Below, one piece after another: positions 51,380-64,000 of a stretch of 64,000 nucleotides of DNA. The stretch covers positions 13,394,001 to 13,458,000 of the forward strand of contig CM052818.1 of NCBI GenBank assembly GCA_028534125.1, given 5' to 3'. Source of the stretch: Lama glama (Eukaryota). The position numbers and the translations under genes are program-made. The notes under the pieces are model-generated. The model saw only the letters and a program-made list of their open reading frames with translations, made no database searches and was not told the DNA's origin. Within the stretch, counting starts at the first letter, position 1, and each line of letters opens with the position of its first letter.

Positions 51380-51781
51380 ATATTGATGAATGTGACATTG
51401 TCCCAGATGCTTGCAAAGGGGGAATGAAATGCGTTAACCACTATGGAGGATACCTCTGCCTTCCTAAAACAGCCCAGATTATTGTCAACAATGAACAACC
51501 TCAGCAAGAAACACCAGCAGCTGAAGGTGTGGGTGCAGCTGCAAATGCAGCTGCGACCTCAAGTACAGGCACTGGGGGTATGGCAGCCAGTGGCATGGCA
51601 GCCAGTGGAGTGGTGCCTGGGGGTGGTTTTGTTGCCAGCGCTGCTGCTGAAGTGCAGACTAGCCGAAATAACTTTGTCATCCGGCGGAATCCAGCTGACC
51701 CTCAGCGCATTCCCCCCAACCCTTCTCACCGGATCCAGTGTGCATCAGGCTATGAGCAGAGTGAGCATAACGTGTGCCAAG
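51380..51781 (+). CDS. EFEMP1: Fibulin-3 coding exon (402 nt): atypical cbEGF domain with Ala/Gly/Ser-rich insert, [30 protein letters not shown]...[15 protein letters not shown]
   Basis: Acceptor tcacAG; donor AAG|GTAAGC; phase 1-1; calcium-binding EGF signature DIDEC; overlaps track ORF 51424-51804. Confidence 0.98.
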
Positions 51782-51844
51782 GTAAGCATGACTTACTATG
51801 CTAATGAGAAAGTTCTTGCCCAAGTGCACCTCGTGGTGAGGGTG

Positions 51845-52245
51845 ATAACAGCTCACATTTACTGAGAGCTTCCCACTTGCCAGGCTTTGTGCTCAGTGTT
51901 TTGCCTGCATTATCATATTAAACCATCGCAATAATCCTAAAAAGTACTTGTTGCTGGCATCGTCATCATTTTACAAATGAGTAAACTGTGTCTCAGAGAG
52001 GTCATCAATGGTTCTCAACCTTAGCTGCACGTATTTAGAGTCATTGGGAGCCTTCAAAACTTCTCTATGTCCAAGCCACACCCCAGCCCAAGTAAATAAC
52101 CATCTCTGGGGGTGGGTTTCCAGGCATCAGTATTTTTTTAAGCTCCCCACGTGTTTCCAGTGTGCAGCCACGTTTGAGAACCAAGGGTCACACAGGTGGT
52201 GAGTGCAGAGCCAGCCTTCAGACCCAGGCAGTTGTGGCCAGAGTC
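51845..52245. mobile_element. MIR interrupted by a MER5A1-like MITE (~52006-52184)
   Basis: cattttacaaatgagtaaactgtgtctcagagagg | tggttctcaaccttagctgcac...tttgagaacca | gtcacacag...cccaggcagt. Confidence 0.75.
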
Positions 52246-55200
52246 ACAGCTGTCAAAAGGAGCAGCCAGGTTATTCATTTAGAATTTGAAATTGTGCTGT
52301 CAAGCTACTCCACAAATATCCCCCTTTAAGTTCTCAAGCTTTCTTTTCATTGAACTTGCCACTGACTAATTTTCCTCACTGAGGAATAAAGAAATGGGAT
52401 TTCTGCTTCTCATTACGTTTGGGGGAGTCCCCCCCCTCACATTTATATCTATTTTTAAGCTCTCATTTGAGCACATTTCACTTATATCACTTACACCATG
52501 GCACCATCTGCCTGGGTTTTTCTGTTTATTTTCACAAAGAGTGCACATCACTGTGTATTCTAAAAACAGCTGTAGACTCATGCTAGCAAAGTGATAAGAA
52601 TCTTGGGCTTTGAAAATGTGAAGGATATTAACTAACTGGACTGTGCTGGGGGATTTTGTTCCTCTTTGCCTACTTAGCAAACCCTTTCAGATTTGCCTGG
52701 AGTGACCACAGGAGCTCCAGGCTCCTTTTCCACTGCTAGGGGCTGACTGGGTAGACCCCATAATACTCCAGAAGTGCCTGATACACACGGGCCCAGGAGT
52801 TCTTACCTTCTACCTGCATGAGTGAGGAAGAGAGCACCTTCCTCACTCAACATTGAAGGGTTCAATTGGGGGCACCTAGCTGCTGCATTAAGTGAAAGAA
52901 GCATCTTCTGGTCCTTTGGGGCACTGCCCCTTATCCACTAGTGTTGTTTTATCTTCTTTATAAAATAGAGTAGATTTTAAATGGTTTATACATGAGGTAA
53001 AGAAACCTATCAAGCCCTGATTTTTATTATTTTACATTTTGTGTTCAAATTTTAAGTACCCCACATCAAGAGCTAACGCATGCTGTGATGGTGTCACTTT
53101 TCAGAGAGCCTATCATATTAGCATCTGTTTTGTGTTACTGTCATGAGTCAGAATTCCAATATTGATGATGAATGCTTCGGCATCTGCTTGATATTCAGAT
53201 ATTTAATTTAAGGATTATGTCTAAGAAATAACCTCATGAGGTTATTTCTATATATAAATAAATATATTTATACATATAGTGTATGTATTTGAGTGAATAT
53301 AGGTTTTAAAATACCTTGAATTTATTTAAGATATCAACTTTTAATTGTGCTATTTAAATACATACTTATTTTGCAAGGTTTGGTTGTGTTTTTCCTGAAA
53401 GTGAAGTTTTGCTGAAATTTTTGAAGTATTGACTTTCATATACTGAGTTACTTTTTACACTTCAGAAGAGTGCTTTAATGGTACTTAGGAGGAAAAATCC
53501 AGATAGATTAATGGATCACCTATCAGAAACTATCAAAATAATTTATCATCCATCACTGACAATTGTGATTGAAAAGAAGAACAATGCCTAGAACCAAATG
53601 AAGAAGTTCTAGAATAAAACATATTCAGGATTTACAACATGCATTGGTTACAGTAGAAACTGTATCATTAAATGTGAATAATAAAAATGAAATCCCGTTT
53701 AATTTTTCTTAAAAAGATTTAGGCTACCTTATAAAGTAAGTTACTTTTCACACATTAAAATATTTATAATCCTTACTTCTTTGGGAATTTCTTTTTAGTT
53801 ATAAGTTAAACTATTAAATGCCTTGCTTATGATAGGTGCTAAATACATATTCATTGATTGTGTGCACACAAGAGTATTTCCAACTCAAACTGTTCTGCAT
53901 AATACAACCAATTTCTAAAACTTGGGATTGGGGGGTCTGTATCATTAAAAGCAGGGTTAAAAGTTTTTTTGGATGACTTAAGGCTTAAGTTGGATTTCTT
54001 CCCACCTCACAATTTTGCAAAGTGCCCATAAATGTGGATTTACTTAATTGTTGATAAAAGGGGGTTATTTCATATGATAACAACAGGATAATCTGTCTAG
54101 GGAATCTGACTAACATTAGTCGAGTCACGCTTGTGCCCGTTTATTATTGAGCTAATCAAACATGCAGTCCAGCTTCTTCTAATTGCCTGCAGATGTATGA
54201 CATTCTCATTCCAGGCCAGCAGCACAAAATAATGTTTTATAACCAGTGTGAAAGTGTGGGGACCTCCGCTTAAAACAGTAATGTGCTCCAAGGACCTATA
54301 TTACTGACATCATTGTGGAGTTTGAAGAGCCTTCTGTTTTAATAAAGATCTCCACTCCCTTTTAAATGTTGCATGCTTATGACCAGTAATCCAAACACAT
54401 TTACCATGGTCGCTGGATCGAAATAAATGAATGCCTTCAGATGAGTCATATTTGTATTAAAATTATTTCTTTTTTCCACATATATTTTTCAACAGGTACA
54501 GTTTATCATTACATAACAAAAGCTGAGGCCATTTTTTATGGAATGGCTGAGATCTGGATTGTGTTTCAGTGTTAAAGTCAATTGTGCCTTTGAATGGACT
54601 ATTACCAACCAATCACAGGCAGCACCTAATAGTTTAAATACCACTAGATATTTTAAAATGTATTCTATTTTATAAATATATTTTTAACCAGCTTTCTATG
54701 TTTTAACATTTAGTGAAAACATGATCCCTTTACTCTTTTTCACTTATTTTTCAATTTTGTGTAAAACCAAGAGGTTTAAAATATAACATAATTTTCCAAA
54801 TAATCAATTCACAGTAAGCAGGTTTTTTTCAGGTAATTGTTGCCAACTGAGCATGATACTGGGGTGCCATTCCCACTGAGAACTTCAAATGATGGATGCC
54901 ATCTTAGGCAGCTATCAAATTACATGAAGATCATTTCAGTGTAACATACCTGGAGTCATGTAAAAACAAAGTTTTAGAAATTAATAATTTCTCCATATCA
55001 TATACCTCAAAGACAACAGATATTCATCTGCTCCACAAGGAATTTGGATGAATGGGGAATATACTGTAATCCATTGATGGTTCACTTTATTTTTCTACAT
55101 CTTCAGTGCATAGTCACTATGTAATCTTCTCCAAAGGAGATGGAGTTAGAAGTCACTAGTTTGAGTTGAGAAAGGATTTTTTTTTTTTTGTCCCATGTAG

Positions 55201-55527
55201 TTTTCTAAGATCCCTATTCTTATAGGAAAAAAATCATTTGGGAACTGGCAAATAAGAGAAAGCATCAATTGCCTAAGTGAAAGGAATTTGTTCACTTAAT
55301 TGAACTTTCAAAAAATTAGATGTAAGTATTTTGTATAGCTGGTAATTAAGCCATTACTAAACTCAGTCAGGATTTACAAGTGTCATTAATAACTTCCAAA
55401 AAAAAAATGGCATCAAAAAGTGAACTCGATACAAATGTCTAATCAAGCTAACTGTGGAGCCAAATCCAGAGTGCAATACCTGACTTGTATTATATAAGGT
55501 GTAACTAAGAGACGTGAAAACATACCC

Positions 55528-55638
55528 TAAGGTTTCCAACAATCCCTGCCTGCCCAAGACTGTCCTGTTTGAAAACTAAAAGTCCCATATCTCTGGAGAT
55601 GCCTCAGTTCTGGGCAAATGACATTGCTGATCACCCTA
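55528..55638. mobile_element. MER81-like hAT-Blackjack MITE
   Basis: gcccaagactgtcctgttt...aaagtccc...cctcagttctgggcaaa...tcacccta. Confidence 0.65.
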
Positions 55639-57061
55639 GCAAAACCCCAGTAACCAAATGTCCTGCATGTAACAGACAACAGTGTGAAAATCCCAATGTT
55701 AGAGCCACATTTTCAGGTTAAGGTGAGACTGTTTTTTGTTTCCAATTTGTTTTGAACTGTCAAAAACCATATTCCATTGATTTTTATGTACCTGGACAGA
55801 GCCTTTTTTTTTTTTTTGCAGTTGTCAGGATCCTACCAGTTTATCAATGAGCTGGTTTCCTCATTGTTCTACATTGCATATGTCACATACCTAGACATTA
55901 GCACCTATGTACTTAGATACATGTCATAGCATAGGTAGCTCATCTTTCCTCTTTTCCGCTGGGAAAAATTTTACCACACAGCCAAGTTAAACACCATACT
56001 TTAACTATAAAGTTTTGTTTCCCAAAAATTTTTTTTTAATTTCAATGATTTTATTTGATTTTTATCATTATTATCTATGATGCAGCAGCAACTAAAAAGC
56101 TAAAAAGAAAAAAAGAGTTGCCTTTTATAAGGCCTAAAGTAACAAAAGAATTATACTCAGGGTTAAAAAGCTCTACACTCTTGGGGATCATCTGTTATCC
56201 TCTGCACATTTCTTTATAAACATAAGGATAACTAAAATACTATTTTGAAAAGGAAAGAAGTTATTATCTCTACATCTACTTTAAAAAAGAAAAACTTGAA
56301 CTAACATGTACAAATTCTCAGATGCTAGGGCCATCTTTCTTTGACTTCTTTCATTTGAAACTTAAATGATCTTATATCCAAAAGAGGATTTATAAATTAT
56401 AGTGTAATCAAGTAGCTTAGCATTCTTAGAATTGTCATTACCAAACAGCTTTCAGATACTACCTTTTTGTTGATCCTCACTAATGTCATTAGGGCCTCTA
56501 GTTGCTTCAGTTAGTTTTGTGAGGAAATGCCTAATAATTACACAGTTCAGTGAAGAGCTTTGATCTCAGAAAATAGATACTTTGTAAAAAGAAGACTATA
56601 ATTGAGTGAATTATGATATTAACAGAAAAGAAATATTTAAAGCAGAAAGTAAAATGGGTACTTAGTCTGCTTACAGTTCATTGTTTTTAGCTTTTAATTA
56701 CCTTTGAGCATCTGAAAATTCTCTAAGGCCACATAAATGGATTGGAGTTGAGTCTACAGAGAAAACTTAATTACTTTTTAAATGAGTTGATACTGTGTAA
56801 TAGAGGTGATTGATTTCCTCCTGAAAAAACTAGCATTATTTCATAATTTACTTTTCCAAATACTGTAGTTATCGAATTTCAGTTAATTTAAGATTCATTT
56901 TTAATATACATTTGTAAATAATATGTACATATATATGATTCATGCATAGTCAGAAAATTCCTTCATAAAAATTGAGTGACAAGTATTTAAGGTGGAAGAA
57001 TGGAAGGGTCAATATGGTCACTCTTCTGCAACAAAAGACTAAGTTATATAACTATCTAACT

Positions 57062-57242
57062 CAGTGATTTCCAAAGTGTGGTCCCCAGACCAGAAACATT
57101 AGCATCATCCAGCAACTACTAGAAATGCAAAATCTTGGGCCCCACTAGACCTACTGAATCAGAAACTCTGGGGATGAGGCTTGGCAATCTGTGTTTTAAC
57201 AATTCTATGATTTCAATCCCTGCTCAAGTATAAGAACCAGTG
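57062..57242. mobile_element. MER5A MITE
   Basis: cagtgatttccaaagtgtggtccccagacc...agaaatgcaaa...gacctactgaatcagaaactctgggg. Confidence 0.85.
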
Positions 57243-60074
57243 CCCTAACTTAATCTTAACTTTAGGAAGCTTCATTCAGTTATAAAAAGGACAGAGAACA
57301 GGGTCAGAATACTTTACATGGGATATGAGAAGTAATGAAGAGAAAACATCAAAAACATACATTCTGCTTATAGGACAGAATAATATTTCTATTTCACTTC
57401 TCTCACTTCCTTATTGTTATCACTAGTGCTCTAATCCCCATACTTGATTGGTCACGAGTCCTGGTTAGGACTATATCCCTGAACCAAGGACATAATATGT
57501 GTGATCTAGAGGAAAAGGGGGCATCTTGCATATCTCTATAAAACCCGCAAGTGTAAAATACTATAACTGCCCTTAAATTGTCAGTTGGTGAAACTCTCAG
57601 TTATGTTGTGGCTGTGGTAACAACTGATGCTGTGATACCTGTACCTTCTATAGGCATCCCCCTTACACTGATTGTATAAACTTGTGAGTTGAGGCATGGT
57701 TCTTTGGAGGTTCAGTTCATGCAGAGTCACAAAAGAGGAGGAGGTTGACTAATTTGGGCCTTAAAGTGTGTTTCAGTTACCAGAGTGGTAGGAGATCTTT
57801 TCAATATCAGGTGCATAGCTGACATCTCAGATTCTGTGAATACCATGAGATATTAGAAGATTATCCACATAAGTATCTTCTATTTAATTTAAACTTGATC
57901 AAAGATTTCCTTTCCATCAAAAACAAGAAGATTCTTATTAAAACTAGCTAACACAACCTGTGGAATGAATTTTCCTCTCCCCATAGAAACGAAAAGAAGC
58001 AGATTAGAGTAGGATTGCAAGCCTGGGTAACTTCAGGAATGTGCACTGATACTGGTTCATTATTTCTTTCTCCAGCAGAAAGTTTCAAACTATAGTCTCT
58101 GAAATCAACAAGTTGCCCCATTTGTAAGGATTGCCTCTGCACTTATTGAATTATTGGCACAATTTTATTCTTTGAAACCAAAGAATAAACAAAATTTGTC
58201 CCAAATGTGTTTGATTTTGCACGAATGTACAAATAAGTAATTCACACCACATCTGAAATTCATTAGCTTCTTTTTCCAGGCGGTAACTGCAAATTGCACA
58301 CTCAAAAACAGAAGTGATCAAGAAAACTGCATTCAGATATTGGCAGAAGAAAACAGTTGTCTTTGCAAGCATTTAGCCACAACTGCAGGCTTGAAGCTTG
58401 AACCTAAATGATTTGTAAACATTTAATAAAGATGAAGTGAAGAAATGACATAAAAGGAAGGCTAAATGCCAGGATACTGGCAGCAGTATGGATAGCTTAA
58501 TGGTGTAAATTTCATATGACCACAGATTAAAAAGAGGGACAGAGAGTCAATCAATGTTAGGTAAATGTGTATTAAATAGACTTAAAAATAGATTTTGGCT
58601 AACTCAAATTCTAAATCTTGAACTACCTCTGAATTAATTGTACTTCCATACTAGTCAAGTGTAACCAGGCAATATCACAAGTGAAATTGATCAAACACAA
58701 CACCATTCAGTTAATTCAATAAATTCAAATTTGTGAACCACTTTCTGTTGTTCTTTGATAGAAGCAGAAGGATGGAGTGGCCATTTTCCTTAGGGAACTT
58801 GCCATCCTTGACCCATGGGTTATCAAATAACAATAAAAGAAACAAAATATCGCTCAGTAAAATAACACATGGGACATCACAAGAAGCACAAAATGAATCA
58901 CTCAGAGTAGTAGCAATGTGTGATACAGATATCCTTACAATTTACTAAAATCCATATTTGGACAGAAAAAGAGAACAGATCCCCAGGAATGTGGTCAAGA
59001 ACAAAAGTCTGGTTTCTCCCAGACTTAGGACATTTAGAAGAGATGGAACATTTAGATGAGAACGAGATGTTGAGAGGTCTGATGAGGAAATTAAGATCCA
59101 AACAGCAGGGGAAGTAAACATCTTGTAGCCAGTCAGGACAAGTGAAAAGCTCCTTTGTGTCCATGTTCTTTCTACTGGAGAATGGTATCCCAGGAAAGTC
59201 CCCCAGAAGCACTGTGCTACTGATAGGAATGCTAACAAAGTAAGGGGTAGGAGTATGTGGAGGAAAACAAAATTAGAAAGTACACATGATGCTGAAGCAC
59301 TGCAGAGCAAACATCTTTGACTAGTTCCATCCTCAGTAACTCTCCCCAGCAAAATACTAATCTGTTCCTCCAGCTCTGTCTCAGTATCTTCCCAAACTGT
59401 GCCGTGTTTTACCTATGATTGAAAAGGCACTAAGCAAACGTCTTGTTTGTGTGTGTGTGTATGTTTGAATAAATGAATGGTTTTTAATCATCAGAGAATT
59501 TAGGCTTAAAACTTACCCTGAATTTTGAAACCATCCTTGAAAGTGAGCTATTATGTACCATACATGTATAAGGTACAGTTCTCAACCATATATGTATCAA
59601 ACTTCTATTAATAATGAAGGCCTTAGATATCTTGTTCCTATTTCAAGTTTAAGCCACTTGAAAGTAAGAGCTATAAAGTCTATTCTTTATATTATGGATT
59701 GTGAGGTTTTTAATAAATGTTGGTGAATAAATAGGTTGCTGTTATTCCTAGAGCAAGACTAGTAATTAGAAATACTGTAATTCTTTTAACTTTCTGACAA
59801 GCCATTTAACCAGTGAGTGTATCTCTGTATCAAATATATTCCTCCTCAGAAATCTAACGGTGAATAATGGAAATACAGTTGAGTTGGGGAAATGTTAATA
59901 TTTATGATATTTGAAGTGAAAGTATCATAACGCTGGAAAATATATATGAGTCCTCTCTAATACTGTGAAGAAACTCAAGGCATTGAAGGAAGCTTTATAA
60001 AGTAAGAGTAAGAAATGAAGAAGAGATCACAGCAGTCCATCTTGGTCCTTTCCTTTGACTGCAAGCCAGAAACT

Positions 60075-61995
60075 TTTTTTTTGGTTATGTAATTTTTTAA
60101 AAATTGAAGTATAGTTGATTTACAATATTGTGTTAGTTTCAGGTCTATAGTAAAGTGATTCAGTTGTGTATATATTTTTTCAGATTATTTTCCATTATAG
60201 GTTATTATAAGATATTGAATATAATTCTCTATGCTATACAGTAAATCCTTGTTGCTTATCTATTTTATGTATAGTAGTTTGTATCTATCAATCTCATACT
60301 CCTAATTTATCTTCCCCCTACCTTTCCCCTTAGGTAACCATAAGTTTATTTTCTATGTCTGTGAGTCTGTTTCTGTTTTGTATATAGATTCAGTTGTATT
60401 ATTTTTTAGATTCCACATATAAGTGATATCAGATAATATTTGTCTTTCTCTGTCTGACTTACTTTAACTTACTATGACATTCTCTAGGCCCATCCATGTT
60501 GCTGCAAATGGCAATCTTTCATTCTTTTTAATGGCTCAGTAATATTCCTTTATGTATGTATATATATGTATTATCTCACATCTTCTTAAACCAATAATCT
60601 GTTGATGGGCATTTGGGTTGTTCCTGTGTCTTAGTTATTGTAAATAGTGCTGCTATGAACATTGGGGTGCATGTATCTTTTTGAATTAGAACTTTTCCAA
60701 ATGTACACGCAGAATTAGGATTGCTGGATCATACGGTAGCTTTATTTTTAGTTTTTTTAAGGAACATCCATACTATTTCCCATAGAAGCTGCACCAATTT
60801 ACATTCCCACCAATGGTGTAGGAGGGTTCAGTTTTCTCCACACCCTCTCCAGCATTTATTATTTATAGACTTTTTGATGACAACCATTCTGATTGGTGTG
60901 AGGTGATACTTCATTGTGGTTTTGATTTGCATTTCTCTAATAATTAGTGATACTGAGCAACTTTTCATGTGCCTGTGGGCCATTTGTATGTCTTCTTTGG
61001 AGAAATGTCTATTTAGGTCTTCTGTCCATTTTTGATCAGGTTTTTTTCATATTGAGTTGTATGAGCTGTTTATATATTTTGGATATTAACCCCTTGTCAG
61101 TTGCATCATTTGCAAATATTTTCTCCCAATCCGTAGGTTGTCTTTTAATTTTGTTGTTGGTTTTCTTTGCTGTGCAAAAATTTTAAGTTTGATTAGGTCC
61201 CATTTGTTTATTTTTGCTTTTATTTCTTTTGCCCTGGGAGACTGATCTAAGGAAATATTGCTATGATTTATGTCAAAGAATGTTTTGCCTATGTTTTCTT
61301 CTAGGAGATTTACTGTGTTTTGTCTTATATTTAAGTCTTTAAGCCATTTTTAGTTTATTTTTGTGTATGAAGTGAGGGAGTGTTCTAACTTCATTGATTT
61401 ACATGCTGCTATCCAGTTTTCCCAACACCACTTGCTGAAGAGACTATCTTTTCTCCATTGTATATGCTTGCCTCTGTTGTCAGTGGTTAATTGACCATAG
61501 GTCTGTGGATTTATTTCTGGGTTCTCTATTCTATTCCATTGCGCCGTATGTCTGTTTTTATGCCAGTACAATGCTGTTTTGATTACTGTAGCTCTGTGAT
61601 GTCTGAAGTCTGGGAGGGTTATTCCTCCAGCTTTGTTCTTTTTCTTCAATATTGCTTTGGCAATTCTGGGTCTTTTGTGATTCCACATAAATATTAGGAT
61701 AGTTTGTTCCAGTTCTGTGAAAAATGTCCTGGGTAATTTGATAGGGATCACATTAAATCTGTAGATTGCCTTGGGCAGTGTGGCCATTTTAACAATATTG
61801 ATTCTTCCATGATTTCTGTATATTAATCTTGTATCCTGCTACCTTGCTGAATTCATTTATTAGTTCTAAAAGTTTTTGTGTGGTGTCTTTAGGGTTCTCT
61901 ATATAGAGTATCATGTCATCTGCAAATTGTTAGTTTTACCTCTTCTCTACCAGTTGGATACCTTTTATTTCTTTTCCTTGTCTGATTGCTGTGTA
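60075..61995 (-). mobile_element. 5'-truncated L1, relatively well preserved, antisense in the EFEMP1 intron
   Basis: ORF 61350-61787 ([18 protein letters not shown]...WKRPRIAK-like...AGGITLPDF) is L1 ORF2p; 3' UTR and T-rich tail lie at the left end. Confidence 0.95.
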
Positions 61996-64000
61996 TTGAA
62001 ACTACCCTTTTAAAATCTATTTGGTTCAAATATTAAAAGGTAGAATCCAGGAAAGTCACTTAGTTGGCTGTAGGTAACTTAAAGAAGCGCAGTTCTGATC
62101 TGGTCCCAAGGTAGAAAGAGCTGAATTTCTAGATAAGTGAGAAGGAAATCCATGGACCCGAGAGGCCCAAGAAGAAAGAACCCAGCTTACTGAGGTCCCC
62201 TTGAGAAGTAATAACTGGCTTGTACTTAACTTTAGGTGAAATAAGAGTGTGACGTAGGCAATGGAACTAGAAATAACCATAAAAACTGTGTTTATAGCTT
62301 CATGTGTGCCCATCTGAAGTGAAAATCATGACAGAAATTGTAACTGCCTTTGTACATATAGTTAAACCTCAAAAAGCTCCAGGGGCTATAGTGGAATAAG
62401 TTTTGCACTGTAAACAGCTGTGTGTGCTGCAAAGCATCTAATCCTACTCCCTTGAGTGGAAGTGTGGAACACAATCCAAAACAGAAAACAACTCAGGGGT
62501 TCCCACTCAGTGTCCACCCTGGAGACCAGGTTTATCACAACCTGGATTAAGGAAGAATTTTTGCTCAGTGGTGACCAGTTATGTTTCACTTGTGAAATAT
62601 TTTGCAGCAAAGCCTGCCTCTCACACATACGTTCACAAAATGAGTATGCCATTAAATTGTTGCCCAATTTTAGTATTTTACTATTCACTAAAAAACTTAA
62701 ATATCTCAATATTTTAATATACCAAAATTACTAAAAGCAGTGTAAGTCTGTTTTTCAGAATCTTATGTTGAATCCTTTGAATTTTTTGTTCTTTTAAAGA
62801 AGCTTCTTAGAAAATTAGTTCCACTTTAATCCTTCTCCTAAAATATGTGAGCAATTTAGGTATCTGGCATCATTCAAAACCTCCCAGTGAATTTTTTTCC
62901 TAATCACTGCTTTTCATCATTTAGGGCCTAAAGAGATACTATTGTGTAAGATAGTTTTCTCTTCTTATCCGTGTTCTGTTCTGAACAGTTTGTGATATCA
63001 GAAGATACCTCATCTAAAAAAGGAAAGGACACCCCAAAAGAATTTGTTAAAAGACACCTTAAGGAAACCTGCCTACACAAAGAAAGGCTAAATGCTCCCT
63101 TTCTTGCCTAGATTTAGTTTATTCCAACTATTTACACTCACACATGTGCATACATACACATTCCCATTCAAGTTCATGACCATCTACATGCATGTGCACA
63201 AACATGTAATGCACCATTATTTTTGATAGGAAAGTAACATGTACCAAATTAAACTGATCAAAGATGATAATGCTTCTAAAATGATTCAGAACACAGTTCC
63301 CCTATCATTAATCTTATAAAATCCGCACTGGGAACTGCTTTGTTAATTCATGTTTACCTATCATAAGAGAATAGGTCACCTTAGACAGCTACTACACAAT
63401 GTAACCAACAAAGAACTTTGTTGCATGGAGTACAGAAAGAGTCAACAAAATAGAAATGAAAGTATTAAGACGTAACCCCTAAGACTGTTGTCTTACACCT
63501 CTGTAGCATCCTGGCCGAGTCTTGACTAATCTTTCTTGGAGATTTACCTGGATTCCATCCTTACCTATCTTTATATTCTCTAATGAGCAACTGAATTTTT
63601 AACAAAATAAACTTTTTAGATAGACCATCACAGAGTGAATTAGAAAATGACTTACCTGGGACTGACATTGAATCCCCACACTCTTTTATTCTTTGGTAAA
63701 TTATATAGTCAGCATATAGTCTGGAATAAAACTCCACTCAACAAGCAAGGCAGAAAATTCCAGTCATTCATGACTAATTAAACTTCCCAGTAAAAGCTGT
63801 GGTCCCTTTTTGTAAAAATAGCTCACGACCTGGCATATCAGAAGAACCCTAATCTAGGGAGGGAAATAGCCAGAGGAAAAAGTCCTTCCACGGAAACTGG
63901 TAAAGATGCTGGGCTTTATTCTGAACTTCAATTGCATGACCTCCCTTTCTTAATAATCGGGGTTGGGGTGAAGCTAATAATAAAAAGAAACTAAATGAAG

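Noticed and set aside
51443..51865. 140-aa alternative-frame ORF over the large EFEMP1 exon
   Set aside because: A shadow frame of an Ala/Gly-rich exon that runs into the intron and a MIR, with no independent support
61350..61787. 145-aa ORF resembling a real protein
   Set aside because: A fragment of L1 ORF2p from a truncated, disrupted element, not a host gene

Overview
Mammalian genomic DNA, AT-rich and full of repeats. Two tRNA-derived Vic-1-type SINEs, with no Alu, Bov-tA or PRE1 seen, point to a camelid (inference). The window holds about 45 kb of upstream intergenic sequence and the 5' part of EFEMP1 (fibulin-3) on the + strand. That part comprises a CpG-island promoter, two non-coding exons (ending at 45860; 46620-46660) and three coding exons (47093-47180, 51168-51216, 51380-51781), followed by a long intron that runs off the right edge. 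The rest is mostly fossil transposons (MaLR LTRs, L1, L2, MIR, hAT and Tigger MITEs). The most unusual structure is a near-identical inverted pair of about 103 bp (42610-42712 and 45330-45432). One arm lies in an old MaLR LTR and the other in the proximal promoter, where it supplies a CCAAT box. Also notable are a strong upstream CTCF motif, a remodelled Ala/Gly/Ser insert in fibulin-3, a tandem ATG, a 17-bp intronic stem and two perfect palindromes. I found no evidence of a new protein-coding system. Repeat family names and human comparisons are from recall, not from a search.
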